DNA of 57,217 nucleotides, counting the filler, from Asterionella formosa (Eukaryota): NCBI GenBank assembly GCA_002256025.1. It is 6 parts of 6 records of this genome, joined end to end, with 100 filler letters (N's around TTAATTAATTAA, not from the genome) between each part and the next. Parts side by side here need not be neighbours in the genome. Positions count along the whole stretch, not along the records: positions 28,677 to 38,126 come from NKIB01010632.1; positions 38,227 to 47,672 come from NKIB01010645.1; 4 more parts are not named here. One strand, given 5' to 3'. The notes under the pieces are model-generated. The model saw only the letters and a list, made by a program, of their open reading frames with translations. It had not been told where the DNA came from and made no database searches. A program made the position numbers and the translations under genes. Shown one piece after another: positions 33,681 through 46,936 of the stretch (positions are counted from its first letter, which is position 1; each line of letters starts with the position of its first letter).

Positions 33681-36600
33681 GTAACCTTTCCTAGAGGTTG
33701 CTTACAGTTCATGCAAGTCAGACCTCATAACTCAAGAGGTTACCAGTTAACAGTAGCGGATTCTTTCCGGCTAGGCTGATTTCAGTCTAATAGACTGGAT
33801 TCAGTCCTAGATCAATTCAACGGATATTTCATTTCTGAAGAGTTAATCTAAATCTACAGAAGTGTTGGTTTCTGGAGAGGTATGTATGGCAATGAGCTTA
33901 TAGGCTTAAAAAATTTTCAGATACATGAGAAGTCTACCAGCCGAAAAAGCCTCAAAAATGTTTGCGCGGGATGGCGCAAAAACGAAAATTGACAATGGGC
34001 AAAGGTGCCATCGTTTCATGCCTATCAAAGTACATTCACCCTTCACTGTGGGTCCAAAATCATCATCTGAACATTGGAAAAGGTCATCGACTTGAAGGAA
34101 TGACAGTTCTGCAGAGGGAGCTCAAGAAAATTAGAGGTAAAGAGGTGATGGCCATTGTGGTCAAGGCACCCTTTATCCAATTTTTTATTCCTTTCAATGT
34201 TCTTGGCCATTAGAAGGATGGCTGTAGTTTCAATAGTTCCTTATAGGACCATCTAGAAAATAACAGGGTATAGATGATGCACTGCTCCTTGTGTAGACTA
34301 TATTTGATCATTTCCATATTTCATACTATACAGGTAAAGCATGGATGACTCCTCCCGCCATTTCATTAGATATGCAGCCATGTTGCGATAATTCTACAGG
34401 ACCTGTAGGATTGGTAGTCTGGTGGTCATCATTTCCGCATTGTATATACCAGTAAGAGTCATGTACATATGCATGCATGCTGCGATAATTCTTACAAGAC
34501 ATAAAATTTTGTTTGCTTGGGAGTTATCACTTCCGGACTGTATACAGGGGAGGAAGGGAATGCATGCATGAGAAACGACTACTATGGTATAAACTATGAT
34601 CTTAATCGATGATTCTTGATTCATTTATCCTATAACTTTGATCATATCATATTGATCATATGATGAACGGTGTCATTGATGAGAAAATTAAAGATCAGCA
34701 TTCATGTTCAAGAATTAGGATCAATTGATCTTAAAAATATGATCAAATGATCCTAAACACATGAGCATATTCAGTTTTCCGCTGCACTATTGTGGTATTT
34801 CCATGATGGAAGAAATTAACAGCAATTATACAGTACTACCGGTAGGCCATATGAATTTTGGTCAATATGTCTATATACATAAATGTATGATTTCGACCAT
34901 TTGAAAAATTGGTGATGACTCCCGTTTATTAAGGGGCTTAATTAAATCAGCCATTGACTTTTAGGTACAAGAATTGACACAAAACAAATTTAAAAAACTC
35001 AACAGGTCGTGGAAAACTATGAACTCATCATGCATTGTATGAATTTGAATTATGTATACTAATCAAAATTGATATTAGTATACACAGGATGTGCCGTATA
35101 ATGAGCGTGTTTAAAACTATTCAAATGTTCAACTATATATACATTTAAACTTCTTACAAATCTTTATATATTTATTCATGGATGAAACATTTGAAATCAT
35201 GTTTTCATGCTCCTTGTCATGCATATACTTTGCTCCTGAAATGAAGGATCATCACACATGATGATGCATCAAACAAAAGTGATAATACAGCACAATGATA
35301 CTTGCGGCTTAGAAGAGAAGGGCGGAATCAATTGATGGTAAGTCAAGAGCAAATGGCTTTCATGTTCCTTGTCATGCATCCGCTTCCTGAAATGAAGGAT
35401 CTCAAGCAACACATGATGCGAAAAACTGAAGTGACAATACAGCACGATGATACACCATGCGGCTAAGAAGGAGTGAATATGATGGAGAAGAGCGGAATCA
35501 ACAAGCTGTGCAAAGCATCACAGTTTGTCAAGAGCAAATGCCAGGATGATCAATTGCTGGGATTAGAAATACGGAATGACTCGTCCCCTTTCAGTGATTC
35601 AATAGCTCCTTTTCGATTTGGTGGCTGGGCAACCATCAATGTGGACAAAAGAAATCGGTAAGTGCTATCAGCCATCTTTGGGTCAATCCACAACTGTTAG
35701 AAAAACTTACACATATGTGTTACTTCTTTCAGGATAATGGTAGACAAACAGTATTTGTAAGTTACAAACAGCAGCGTTGGAGCCCATTTATTGATCAATA
35801 CTTGGCTTCTCATTCAATCTTCAACTGACACATTATTCTACAGAAATATGCATCAGTTACTTCCTCAATTTGTGGTAAGTGAAGATAGAAGCAAAATGCA
35901 TGTTGTTGTGTAAGCAAAACATGAACAGCTAAAAATGAATTGCTTCTCTTTGTTAGTATGATGGCTGATTGGAACAACGAAAAAACGGATTCAATAGTAA
36001 TAGGAAAATGCGTGAATGCAAACTCAGATCCGTCAGGAGTAACTGGAACAAAGCAAGGGAACAACGGCAAGGCAACCAGCAGTACTACAACAACAGCATT
36101 CAGAATTGGATTGGGGGGAAGGTGGAAGAGAAAGCTGAAGCACCAATCATTGCGATGAGAGCATTGTAGAACATTCTGTAGCCACTTATGATATAGAAAC
36201 ATAAAACCATTCTTAAATATAGTTCTAAATATCGATCAATTTCATCCTATTTTAGAAAGTGATATCGATGAGAATTACGATCATGCTAAGATAGATGTAT
36301 GACAAAAGTATACACATCATATGACCATGTTTAACTAATTATATGATGCAATGGTTATCAAAAAACTATCATACTATATGTAAAAATCCTGTGCCACTTA
36401 GCGTACGATACCCTTGATCTTATATTCATGATAGTTTTTATTTACAGACGTAGACAACATCCCCTTCCACATATATTGCATGAAGGAACCAGACTACGTG
36501 ATGTCTCTAATGTCTATGTATGGGACCTTAGAACCAATTGACAAGGTTTCAATGAGAAATTGGTTGGTACAAGGAACAAAGCGCCAAAAACAGGTTACAT

Positions 36601-37452
36601 ATACTGAGGTTATCCACAACCACTACAAGTTTCGGCATGCTGTTCAATCAGTTTGGAAGTGGTATGGGCGACAAAATGGTGGCCAAATAGAGTATTTGCA
36701 TTTATCTTGTCAGTCACGGAAGTAAATGCCATGCTGGCATATAAACACTTCTGCAAGGAGGACGTTGATGGTATTCTCGGTTTTTTCAAGCTTTTGGCAG
36801 AGGCATTGGTATGTAATCCTTATTACAAAGAAGAAGAAGAATCGCCTCGACGGTCATCAAGATTGACAAAAAATGCTGAGCACAGAGTTTTCCGGCTACC
36901 CAAAGGCAAGAAATTTTTCGGGACAGAGGTTGTGGATGCTGACAGTTCCCACCCCCAAAGTACATGTGTAGACTGCAAAAGAAAGACTTGGACATGTTGT
37001 ATATGCTCCATGGGTGTCTATTGTTGTGTTGACTGTTGTTTACATCATTCCATGGAAGCAGTATTGAGTCCTTCCAGTGCAGACTGATATGTGTCTGTGG
37101 AATTATTCATGTTGTGACTGGTGGCTCACGACTAAATATTACTAATTCAAATTTCAATTCTTTTTCTTCAACATATATAGGTCTTTTATTCAGGCGAAAA
37201 ATACTATCCAGCGATGTATATAAAGTTAAAGGAAGGAGATGTTAAGGCTTTCTTATCAGGCCACAAAGGGAGACTGATATTAGCCTGTGGAGCCAGAAAG
37301 AACCCGGTAGATGTACTGTTTTTTATCATTAGCAAGAGTAACCATGATTGACCTATCAATTTGTTGCAACAAACCAGCACGCAAGTCACCATGATGGTAC
37401 CACCGACTTCAGGGGTTCCGCCATCAAAGGAGGGGGGGTCAGGAAAAGTTGA
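33681..37452 (+). mobile_element. Decayed piggyBac-like transposon: N-terminal piece 33971-34170 and C-terminal piece 36445-37087, with core replaced by foreign sequence
   Basis: C-terminal MKEPDYVM.LMS.YGTL, NHYKFRHAV, WATKWWPNRVFAF...VTEVNA and a terminal Cys-rich domain. Possible decayed ends gtaa|cctttcct (33681) and aggaaaag|ttga (37441). The boundaries are tentative. Confidence 0.65.
34670..35320 (+). repeat. Interspersed non-coding repeat; inverted homolog at ~44195-44780
   Basis: atgactcccg...attaagggg.tta.ttaaatca...aggtacaagaattga...ggaaaac.atgaa.tca.catgcattg is shared with the reverse complement of 44450-44575. Flanking blocks also match. Confidence 0.85.
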
Positions 37453-37994
37453 AATATTCGACTATAGAGAAAAGTGAACAAATGAAAATAAATAATTCCT
37501 TAAATAACCAGTGGCCTACATGACGTTCCCGTGAACGATATACTGGGGCATAATTTTCATCCGTAATAGTGGTCTTTAGCAGTTTTTGACTGGTTCCGTA
37601 TGTATGTAAGTATTAAATAGCGGAACTCGCGCACTCCTCATTCCTCAATACATTTTTTTTAAGCACGAACTGTATTTTTACACCATTATAGAGGTACCAG
37701 GTACCGTATTAACCTGTCTTTGACTGGTTCCGTGTGTATGTATATACTCTCGCACTCAACGAAGTTTGCATTTCAGCAGAAAATCGAAAATTTGGTCCTG
37801 AGCAAAATTGTCCAAGGCCACCGCCAGTCCTCGCACCTTTTGCGTCAAAGTTGACAGATCACGTTGATTTCTACGATGACAATTTTGTAGAATGACCAAC
37901 CATCTCTGTGCGAAGGTGTGGAGTGACTGCGTGTAAGGAAATTTTCCCTCACTTTACTTCCAAAACGAAAATAGAAATCAACCTTTGACATTTT

Positions 37995-38126
37995 TTGAAC
38001 ATTGTTCATCCTAGTAAGTCAACATGAAGCATTTGATAGTCATCCTTCTCCTCCTTCCTTTCGCCGTAAATGGCCGCTCCTTACGTGGAAACTTCCTCGA
38101 GCATACCTCCTCTTCAAGTCGTCAGT
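37995..38126 (+). repeat. Exact 132-bp copy of contig start 28677-28808 (5' end of the secreted Lys-rich gene; ATG at 38024, partial CDS)
   Basis: ttgaacattgttcatcc...caagtcgtcagt is identical at both ends of contig 4. Confidence 0.97.
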
Positions 38127-38226
38127 NNNNNNNNNNNNNNNNNNNNNNNNNNNNNNNNNNNNNNNNNNNNTTAATTAATTAANNNNNNNNNNNNNNNNNN
38201 NNNNNNNNNNNNNNNNNNNNNNNNNN

Positions 38227-38352
38227 CAGTGTTTCACCCTTACTGCTGCCCAGGCAACACTCCTCCTAGCTGGCTCGCTCTATGTCAACATCCATACTGC
38301 GAAATGCCCCAATGGTGAGATCCGTGGTCAGATCATGCGTGCAGTTGCCTAA
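38227..38352 (+). CDS. CHRD-domain protein, 3' end (5' part beyond contig edge)
   Basis: QCFTLTAAQATLLLAGSLYVNIHTAKCPNGEIRGQIMRAVA* contains the CHRD signature G.LYVN.HT...P.GEIRGQ. Missed by the ORF track. Confidence 0.9.
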   Translation, partial: QCFTLTAAQATLLLAGSLYVNIHTAKCPNGEIRGQIMRAVA

Positions 38353-38699
38353 GAAGACGATACAGTCAATCAATGACGAAATGGCTTTCTTGCACATGAC
38401 GAGTAGTAACAAGACAGGTAGTATGCTGCTTACCTGTCATTACCTGGTGGACTGTCTCAGTACTACAGTAACTAGTTTGGTATTAGTTTAAGTTGTTACT
38501 CAAATTACTTGTTTTGTTACCTTCAGTATCATTGTAAGCATAGCTGCAAATGCAAGCTAAAAGGGAGCTAAAGTATTATTGTTATATTAGCATTATGTCA
38601 TGCATAGCAGTAATTAAATTATTGTATAAACCAAACACAAAGCTAGTTGTCGCCCTTGATTTCGCTCAAGAATATTGCAGCAACTAAGCAAAGCGAGAC

Positions 38700-41600
38700 T
38701 GAGTTTTGGGAAGCTAATAGCTAATGGTACTTCACCCTTTGGGACTGGGCAGGGGAGCGGGGCATCTCCAGCTGTGTGGTTGTCCATCTGCATTACTTTA
38801 CTGTCGCTATGGAAGAGCAATGATCAATCAATAAAGACAATGTCAAATAAGATGAGAAGAAGAGACACAGATCAGGCACACCGTGCGATATGGGTGGCAC
38901 AAATGATGTATTCTCTACCAAGAATCACAAGCATGACATCAGTGCAACTGAAAACCAGACAAAGAAGTGGACACACATGGCGAGTCTTGGAAAAATGGGC
39001 TTTAATAAAAATTTCCCAAAGGCAGTGGTCTACAGCCCAATATCAACAGGGGGACTGAAATTAGTGGATTTAACGATCAAACAAGGGATCAGAGCCACAG
39101 AAAAATTATAATTCCACAAATATGCAAAAGATGAAGTGGCAAAAAAGATGGATATCTCTTTACGAACCAGTCAACTAGAATCTGGCCGAGGAGTACCCTT
39201 ACTCATGCACACAGAGGAGGAAATTCCGTACTCAACCCCAACATGGCTAATGCACATGCTAAAGTTTTGAGGCACAAACAAATTCAAAATCGAGATCAGT
39301 AACAAATGGAGTTCGGAAAGGCAATGTCAAAACGACTTGATGATTATGCAAATCATGGCGGGAAAGGGATTGAGTCAGTCCAGAATTTTTCATATAAATG
39401 CATACAGAATGTACCTACAGGTGACTACAGCAGTGGCGGACAACGCAACAGCAGATGGGCGAAGATTGAGGAAGGAAATCATGAAATGCCATTCAAAGAA
39501 TACCAGGACGGCTTACCAAATGGCAATGGCCAGCCAAACCAACCCAAGCCAACAGAACTGCAACAAAATGAATGGACAACGGCATTCAGACGGTACTTCT
39601 TCACAAATGGCTCAAAGGGAAAACTGATCCTAAGGCAACAATTGGGGCAATGTACTAAAAAACCCTCATAAGAATGGCTCACATAAATCCAACTGAAAGA
39701 ACAACTTCTCTGGGAGTATCAGAAAGAGGAGGTCACATGCATGGACAGTCTACCAAAATGCCACCACAAACTCTCGAACATTTCAATTCAACAAACAAAA
39801 GGGCACAAAATCAAAACTGTTGCCACCACAGGGCAGCATACCATGTGATGTAAACAAACAATGGGGAATAGCATATAGAATGATGGACATCAATGGAGGA
39901 AAAGCTATGACAAGACCTCAGCGCCTCACTTTCTTAAGACAACTGCAAGGGCTACTCAAAAGGAATGTCGTTATGACCAAATCGTCATGAAGTAGACTTT
40001 GTAAACGCCTTCAACTGGGTCTTAACATCCATATAGCGATGGATGGATCAATGGAATCAGACTCAAGGTGCTCGTTTGCGTGGACTCTGCACACAACAGG
40101 AACTAGAAGTTCAATTCCAAGGCAAACAGCAGCCTGCTTGTGGCCAGTCGATGGAAATATCAACCAGGGCGGAGTTGTTTGGAATTGCATCAGCACTGAA
40201 ATTTCTACTGGAATTCATCAAGATAGACACATCTTCAGTGGTAACTATTTGGACATATGCACAGTGCAGCAGCACCAGCTAGAGTTCGGTTCTTGTCATG
40301 GAGCAAACACATGGGATGTCCCCCAGCCAACACAGACATAGTGTAACTTCTAGCGGAATTGATTCACACACTACTTCCAATAGCGGCGAAGGTGAAATGG
40401 ATTAAAGCACACCAAGACCAGGGGGTGGGAAAAGGGAAACTGACAACATCGGGAACATTGAACATAATGTCAGACGCAATGGCCTCCATTTTTCTAGCCA
40501 AGTGCCCCAACACAGCGTCTAGGGGACCAAGAAAAATATCTCCGCATTACCCAACAATGCAAGCTAGCTTAATCATAGCAAAGTCCAGAATCCACACGGG
40601 CACAGCGGCCAAGATGAGAAAGGATATAAAATCTAGAAGGTATTGGGCCTATTTTATAGGAAAATACGACGAAAACAGGGAACAACAAGTGAACTGGGAC
40701 AACCTATCCGCAGCTTCTAGAGAGCAAGCGGGACAAACCCAAACAACAATCACAAAATGCATATATGGGTGGCTCTCAACAGGAGCAAGAAGACAGGTTA
40801 TGCACCAGGGCAGCGACAGCTGCGTTCAAAGCGGGGAGCGGGAAACAAATGAACACATGCACACCTGCAAGCATCCAAAGAGCAAATAAAGCAGAGACAT
40901 ACAAATTTCACAGATGTCACGAACTCTAGCTAGTACAAAGGCGGTCCAAGACGGCTGAGAGAGTTTCCTCCTCCATATGGATGGCATACCTACAACATGT
41001 CATGTCACAAAATCAGATGCGTTTTGTTCCCCAATTCGTCCCGGGTACACTACTTAGAACAAAAAGACACATATGTAAGGCCATTGCCCAACAAAGCAAA
41101 CGCTCTTGGTAATATAATGTCACTAAGGGGTATATGATCAAAGAGTGGAAAACAGTGGTACAAAGCTCAACGCAGGATCCAAGTCCGACAAAACAGATGT
41201 GCAACCTATGGGTGAAAACGGAAATTTCACAACTCTGGAAAGTCAGGGAAGGAGCATGGCAAGAAAGGAACCAATCACTACACAATGGACAGAATAACTT
41301 GATATCACAATCACAATTCCGCAAATGTGGAATACAAAACAGCATACTAAGTTACTACCAATTAAAGTGAACCAGGAATCTACAGGTGAGTCTACCTTGC
41401 GCTCTGGTTAAGGGGTACCTCTTCCCCACCATGGCGGACCCCTTTCCCCCTAAAAATATGACGGTCTCGGAATATATTCTACATGTGGCACCTTCAACGG
41501 CATTTCACGATTTATTGAATGAAGCCGGAACAGAGAAAAACGACTGTACAATGATCGATTTCGAAGCAGAATACACATTCCTGACATCAGAACCTCCGTT

Positions 41601-43400
41601 TAAACCACTCTGCAAAGAAACAAAACAAAAAGAGACGACTCGCAATGCCGGTACTCTCAACAACCACAACGACAAGCTATCACGCAAGACGACTAGTACA
41701 GGAAAGAGAACAATCATCAATACTGCCGCCACATCGTCAGTGAAGGAGCAAACTCAGAACAAAAATCACGAAGATAGGAAATCACATGCAAAAGCTACAG
41801 GAATTAGAGCCATCATCGAAAAAGCCACTCCTGCATCGGTTCATGCGCAAACTCATCACAAAGATCACGACGGCAGGACATCACACAAGCCAACAACAGG
41901 AATAAGAACCATCATTGCTTGGTAACGCCGCCATTCCATTGACGGTAAAAAATTACAAGGAGAACAACAAAAGGACCTCAAAAAAGATAAATATAGGAAT
42001 AGGAACAACCATTATCGATACAGCTGTCGCATTTTTGCCACTGCAAACTTATCACAAACATTACGACAGAAGGCCACCACGCAAGACAGCACCTACAGCT
42101 GGAGGAACCATCATCAACAGCGCCACTGCCTCTATTCAAGCGCAACCCTAATACAAGCATCATGTCAACAGGAAATCAAACAATACAACCAAAGGAATAG
42201 GTACCACTATCAATCACACCGCCACACTGGTTCAGATGCAAGCTCATTGCAAACATCACTACAAATTGACCTCCCATCAGAAAAACACAGGAATAGGAAC
42301 CATCATCGATCATGAAACTGGATCAATCAAGGTGAATAGCTAGCCATCACAAACATCACAACGAAAGACATCACTCCTCAAGACAACAACAGGAATAGGA
42401 ACTATAATTGCGAAAGCTGAACATCACATTGACAAGACATCACGCCATCAGCAGACAAAAACAGGCCACAGCCTTGATAGTGTCACCACCTCTTTTCAAG
42501 CGCATTACATTACCAAAGGACTTCACACCAGACAACTACATGAATAGGAATTATCATCGATAATTTCGCTGCGTCATTGTTAGAACAACAACATCACAAT
42601 AACAAAAGAACAACATACAAGATAACCATAGGAATGCTAGGAAGTAGAGCTGTTATTGTCACCATGCAGATTCAAGCAAAAATCATGATATCAAAAGGAA
42701 ACCCAGCAAGATCAAAACAGGAATAGGAACAATAGGAATGCCCAATTCAAGCACCAAGTAAGTCAAAGATTCGCGGTTCTTCAGAATCACACAAATGAGT
42801 GTACAAACCAACAAAGACTGCACTGCAGTACGTGAGACCCTCTTGAAATTAAATGGAATGGACAAAAGGGTATGTGAGGCCCTCCTGAAATTGAATGGAA
42901 TGGACAAAAGAGTGCATTATTGTCCCCCCTAAGATTTATCAATTTCCCCAGTGTCTATCCAGGCGCAAGTGCGATTATTACTTAAGTTTTAACGTACTCT
43001 AAAATTTTATTTTCCCCCCCCTAACTTGATATCACAATTAGAATACAATGAAAAAATTTAAAAACTGTATCAACACAAAGGGGAAATCTCGAGTAGAGAT
43101 GAGCACCTTTTTGGTAATCCTCTCGAAAATCTACTAAAATCAAGATTGGGAGAAAAGACCAGATTTTTGGAAAGAGCCAAACACTTATTCGCAGATTCAA
43201 AAGCATGGGCAGAGAAAGGTCAAAAATCAATAAGCTCTCACTATCAGCAAATATCTCCAGTAACGACACAAACCAAGAAACAGCAACAAGAAGTGGGAAA
43301 ATACAGAAAACCATTCACCAAATCAACACTCACCATGCAATTCTCAGGCTGACATGAATAGTGCAGTCAAAGGGAACCGATTCAAGATCAAAGCTACCAC
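38700..43400 (+). mobile_element. Decayed non-LTR retrotransposon (RT + RNase H; Ambal-like), interrupted at 41312-43021
   Basis: RT motif GTGQGSGASPAVW; MGFNKNFPKAVVYSP..TGGL; RNase H motifs DGS, STRAELFG, VKWIKAHQD, LNIMSDAMA. W..RN..LH C-terminus resumes at 43039 (RDEHLFGNPLE). Confidence 0.85.
41312..43021 (+). mobile_element. 1.71-kb insertion with 17-bp TSD carrying a decayed ORF with ~33-aa repeats and an oligo-C end
   Basis: TAACTTGATATCACAAT at 41295-41311 and 43022-43038. ORF from ccaccATGG (41431). Anchor acaggaataggaaccatcatc at 41698, 41797, 41896 and onward to ~42720. Ends ttttattttcccccccc. Confidence 0.8.
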
Positions 43401-44789
43401 AATTTTTTTACTCCTACTTCTTCAAGAGGAAGTGACTACCGGTACCCACCAAACATTCCACCGCCCCACAGTACAAGGGCCATGGAACGCAATGAAGACA
43501 AACCTAGAAATCGACTAGTAAAAATGCGCTATAAAAATGATTTGTATATATACTATTATATGTATGATAAATACAAACTTTAAGTATGATGATTTCAAGC
43601 ATACTTCAGACTTACTCCGATTTTACATTTCCTCACACGTCGGCTATTTTCCATTGGTCCTACCGAAATTTTACAATTCATTTGCTACCATAATCAGTAA
43701 TAATCATAGTTACAATGAGAAGCAGCGAACTTTTAATTATGTATTGCTTGTTTCCATCGTCAAAACAAACGCTTCCAATTCTAGATTAACTTATATTGCT
43801 GTGCGTAGCTATTTTCGAAAATATCTGAATAATGATCTGTCAGTCGAATTTCGCATTAGTAAAAATCAATATTTGATTAAATGCTTCTGTTTATAGCTTA
43901 CAAATGCCGTTTCATTTCCATTATCCTGAATGAAGCAACACGCATGTCTCAATTATGTTCTATCAGTTGTGAGTTGATCCATTTTGTCTAGTTGTCAACG
44001 AAAACACTTACCATCGCACTGTTTTATACTATATCAGTGGCTGCTTTTCCATTGAATGCTAGAGGATCTATTGAATCACTTGAGAAGAAATAATTAATTT
44101 AGTCTTTGTCCACTGAACAAGTGATAGTCCTGAGGACCTTTGCCCTTGATGTACATAGCTAGATTCCGTTCGCTTTTCCTTTTTTAATCCAGCTATCATT
44201 GTGTCATAGTATCATCACTTCAGTTTTCCTTGTCGTGTAACTGATGTGATCTTTTATTTCAGGAAGTGTATGCATGAAAAGGGACATATAAACATGATTT
44301 CAAATGTATCAGCCATGAATACATTTATAAAATTTGAAATATATATATATACTTAAACATTTTCATGGTTTAAAGAAAAGAATCTGCATATTGCACATCA
44401 TGTGTATACTATCATCACATAACTTTTTTTACAATTCAAAAGTATACAAGCAATGCATGGTGATTTCATTGTTTTCCAAGACCTGATGTTCTGTTTTTGA
44501 ATTATTTCAATATCAATTCTTGTACCTGGAACAAGTCAGTGATTTAAATAAACCCCTTAATTGGCGGGAGTCATAAACGAATTTTCATAGACTCTAGGAA
44601 AGGCATGGCTTGCTTACAGCCAGTGTACTTGGTATTTACTTGTATCATGGGATTACAGTGATAGTACAGATGAGCGGAAAACTGAAAATCATTCATTTAG
44701 GATCAATTGATTGTACTTGTATAATCAATTTTTAATAATGCTTAGAGTCTATTTTGATCTTTCATTTTCTCATATTAACAACACGCACT

Positions 44790-45473
44790 GGGGGAATAGC
44801 CCAACTTTAGTTGAAAGTGGCAACAACCCCGGTTCAATTTTTCCGGTCACTACATGACTTATGGAATCAATGTCCAGGCTGTTTGTGATGCTGACTCACG
44901 ATTTATTTGTTTTTGTGTGATTTTAACGGGAAGTTTCTGAACGGACTTTCATTTTCGATCGAGTTGCAGCATTCAATACAGGTTTTTATCTGGTCAGCGA
45001 TGCAGCATACACATTGTCTGATGTAAAGCGTTTTCCCTTTGTTGGCTGACAACCTGATGATCTGACACAGGATACATTTAATTGTCTCATTTCATAGCTG
45101 AGGAGAAGAATAGAAATGGCATGTGGTCTTCTTCAGACAAAATGGTGTGTTCTGATAAAAATACCTATCGACAAGCTTGAAAATATCTGCACACATTCTT
45201 GATTCATGTGCTCGACTTCACAATTATCTGATTAATAACAAATTAATTGATAAGATTTTGGATTATAATCAAATGCTTACAGAGATAATTCCAGTCAGTT
45301 TGTCACCCCTTGGTTGGGGCTACTTACCGACTGTGGAACCGTTGTGTATATTACCTGGAAGCTCTGTGATGCAACATGTGATTCTTACCAGATTGCGAAC
45401 CTTGGGCTTGCAACAAACTCCTGTCAATATAGAGAGGAGAAGGAAAGAATTACATGAAATAAATAGAATGTAA
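44790..45473 (+). mobile_element. PIF/Harbinger (DDE_Tnp_4, HARBI1-like) transposase remnant
   Basis: YGINVQAVCDADSRF, GFYLVSDAAY, LRRRIEMACGLLQTKW, CARLHNY, with stops and frameshifts. Confidence 0.88.
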
Positions 45474-45549
45474 AAACCTTCTGAAAGTAGATGAAAATAG
45501 TGATCCCGCTTTCTCTTGCATAACTTAATTCTAACCGAACCTGAACTAT

Positions 45550-46500
45550 ATCAGAATTTTCGGAGTCATAGCCACAATCTTCCAACCTTTCCAAATCCTT
45601 CCGAGCAATCTTGAGACGACTTTAATAGAGATCCAGAACATCTAGGATCTCTTTTTCGCGTCTTCATGCTGCTGAAGACTGAAGCACTTGAAGTTTCATT
45701 GCATTGACACTCTAGTCTAATACATTTGCCATTTGTAGCATAGAAGACGAGGAATGATAGGATGAAGGAGATGAGCATTTTCGTTTCTTGAGCAAACAGT
45801 CTTCGATGATAAGGACAATGATTGAGCGCTATCAGTACTTTCACAGAATGATGATGTTGGAAGCAATGGAACAGGCCAGCAAAATTGAGAAGGTGAGGAA
45901 CTTGGCACAACCATAACTGGTAGTAATATATATAAGGTAGTCTACTGGGCGCTATGCACCCTGGTGCAACCCAAAGAACTCCACAATAGTTGAGGATCAT
46001 AAATGCATACTTTAAAATTTTATTACCAACTATGTAAGGTTGGCTTCCATCAAAGTTAACAAAGTTATCATGACTTCCTGACTTTTGGTTATTCCTGTAC
46101 GAAATTTGGTAATGATAGTTAATGTACCCCTTTGCCGCAGAAAATTCGACAGAGGACAGAGCATCATATCTCTTTGGGTAACAACTGTCTATCCCCATTT
46201 GCTCCCAATAAGGATCTTGTGAAAAAAAAGAACATTGCTGTCATCATTGTCACCATCAAGGAAGGTAGGTATGGGTCTATCGAAAATGTATATATGCCTG
46301 AAGTTTCTTGTGTCCAGTTCAGCCATACTTGGAGGCTGACCAAGTATCAAAACATCGCTCCTGTGTTGCTCACACATGTAAAAGTAGATGACACAAAAAT
46401 ATGTGTTGGCAGAAGTGACACTGCATGGAGGAATTGATTTTGATATGTTAGCATTTTTCTTTTTTGTTGCCTTCATTGCAACAGGAGGAAGAGGCAATTA
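45550..46500 (-). pseudogene. Probable decayed second (accessory) ORF of the Harbinger element, convergent with the transposase
   Basis: Fragmentary frames (KSGSHDNFVNF.G..PY; YYYQLWL..PHLLNFA; coiled-coil-like end). The position matches the two-gene PIF/Harbinger layout. Confidence 0.45.
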
Positions 46501-46624
46501 TAGTATGTAAATTAAGAACAAAACCAGGGTCTTTGTCTGCTTCATATGGCTTCTCTTTCTGTGAATCAGAGTCCATATCAACATTGCCATGACTCTTTTC
46601 TTCATCTTCAATAATAGATTAATC

Positions 46625-46692
46625 ATTATTGTTGCTGTTGTTGTGGATGTTGATGTTGTGGATGTTGAAGTTGAAGTTGAAGTTGATGTTGA

Positions 46693-46726
<34 letters not shown>

Positions 46727-46915
46727 ATGGATGATGTTGTTGTGGATTTCTTTGTAGATGTTGTTGTGAATATTTTTATGGATGTTGCTGTTATGGATGT
46801 GGATGTGGATGTCAATTTGGATGTCAATGTTGATGTCGATGTGGAAGTCGATGTCGATGTGAATGTCGATAAGGATGTCGATGTGGATGTCGATGACGAT
46901 GTGGATGTGGATTGT
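46625..46915. repeat. Low-complexity (GATGTT/GATGTG/GTT)n microsatellite
   Basis: Directly visible hexamer and trimer runs. Confidence 0.95.
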
Positions 46916-46936
46916 CAGAAAAATATCATTTTCGTT

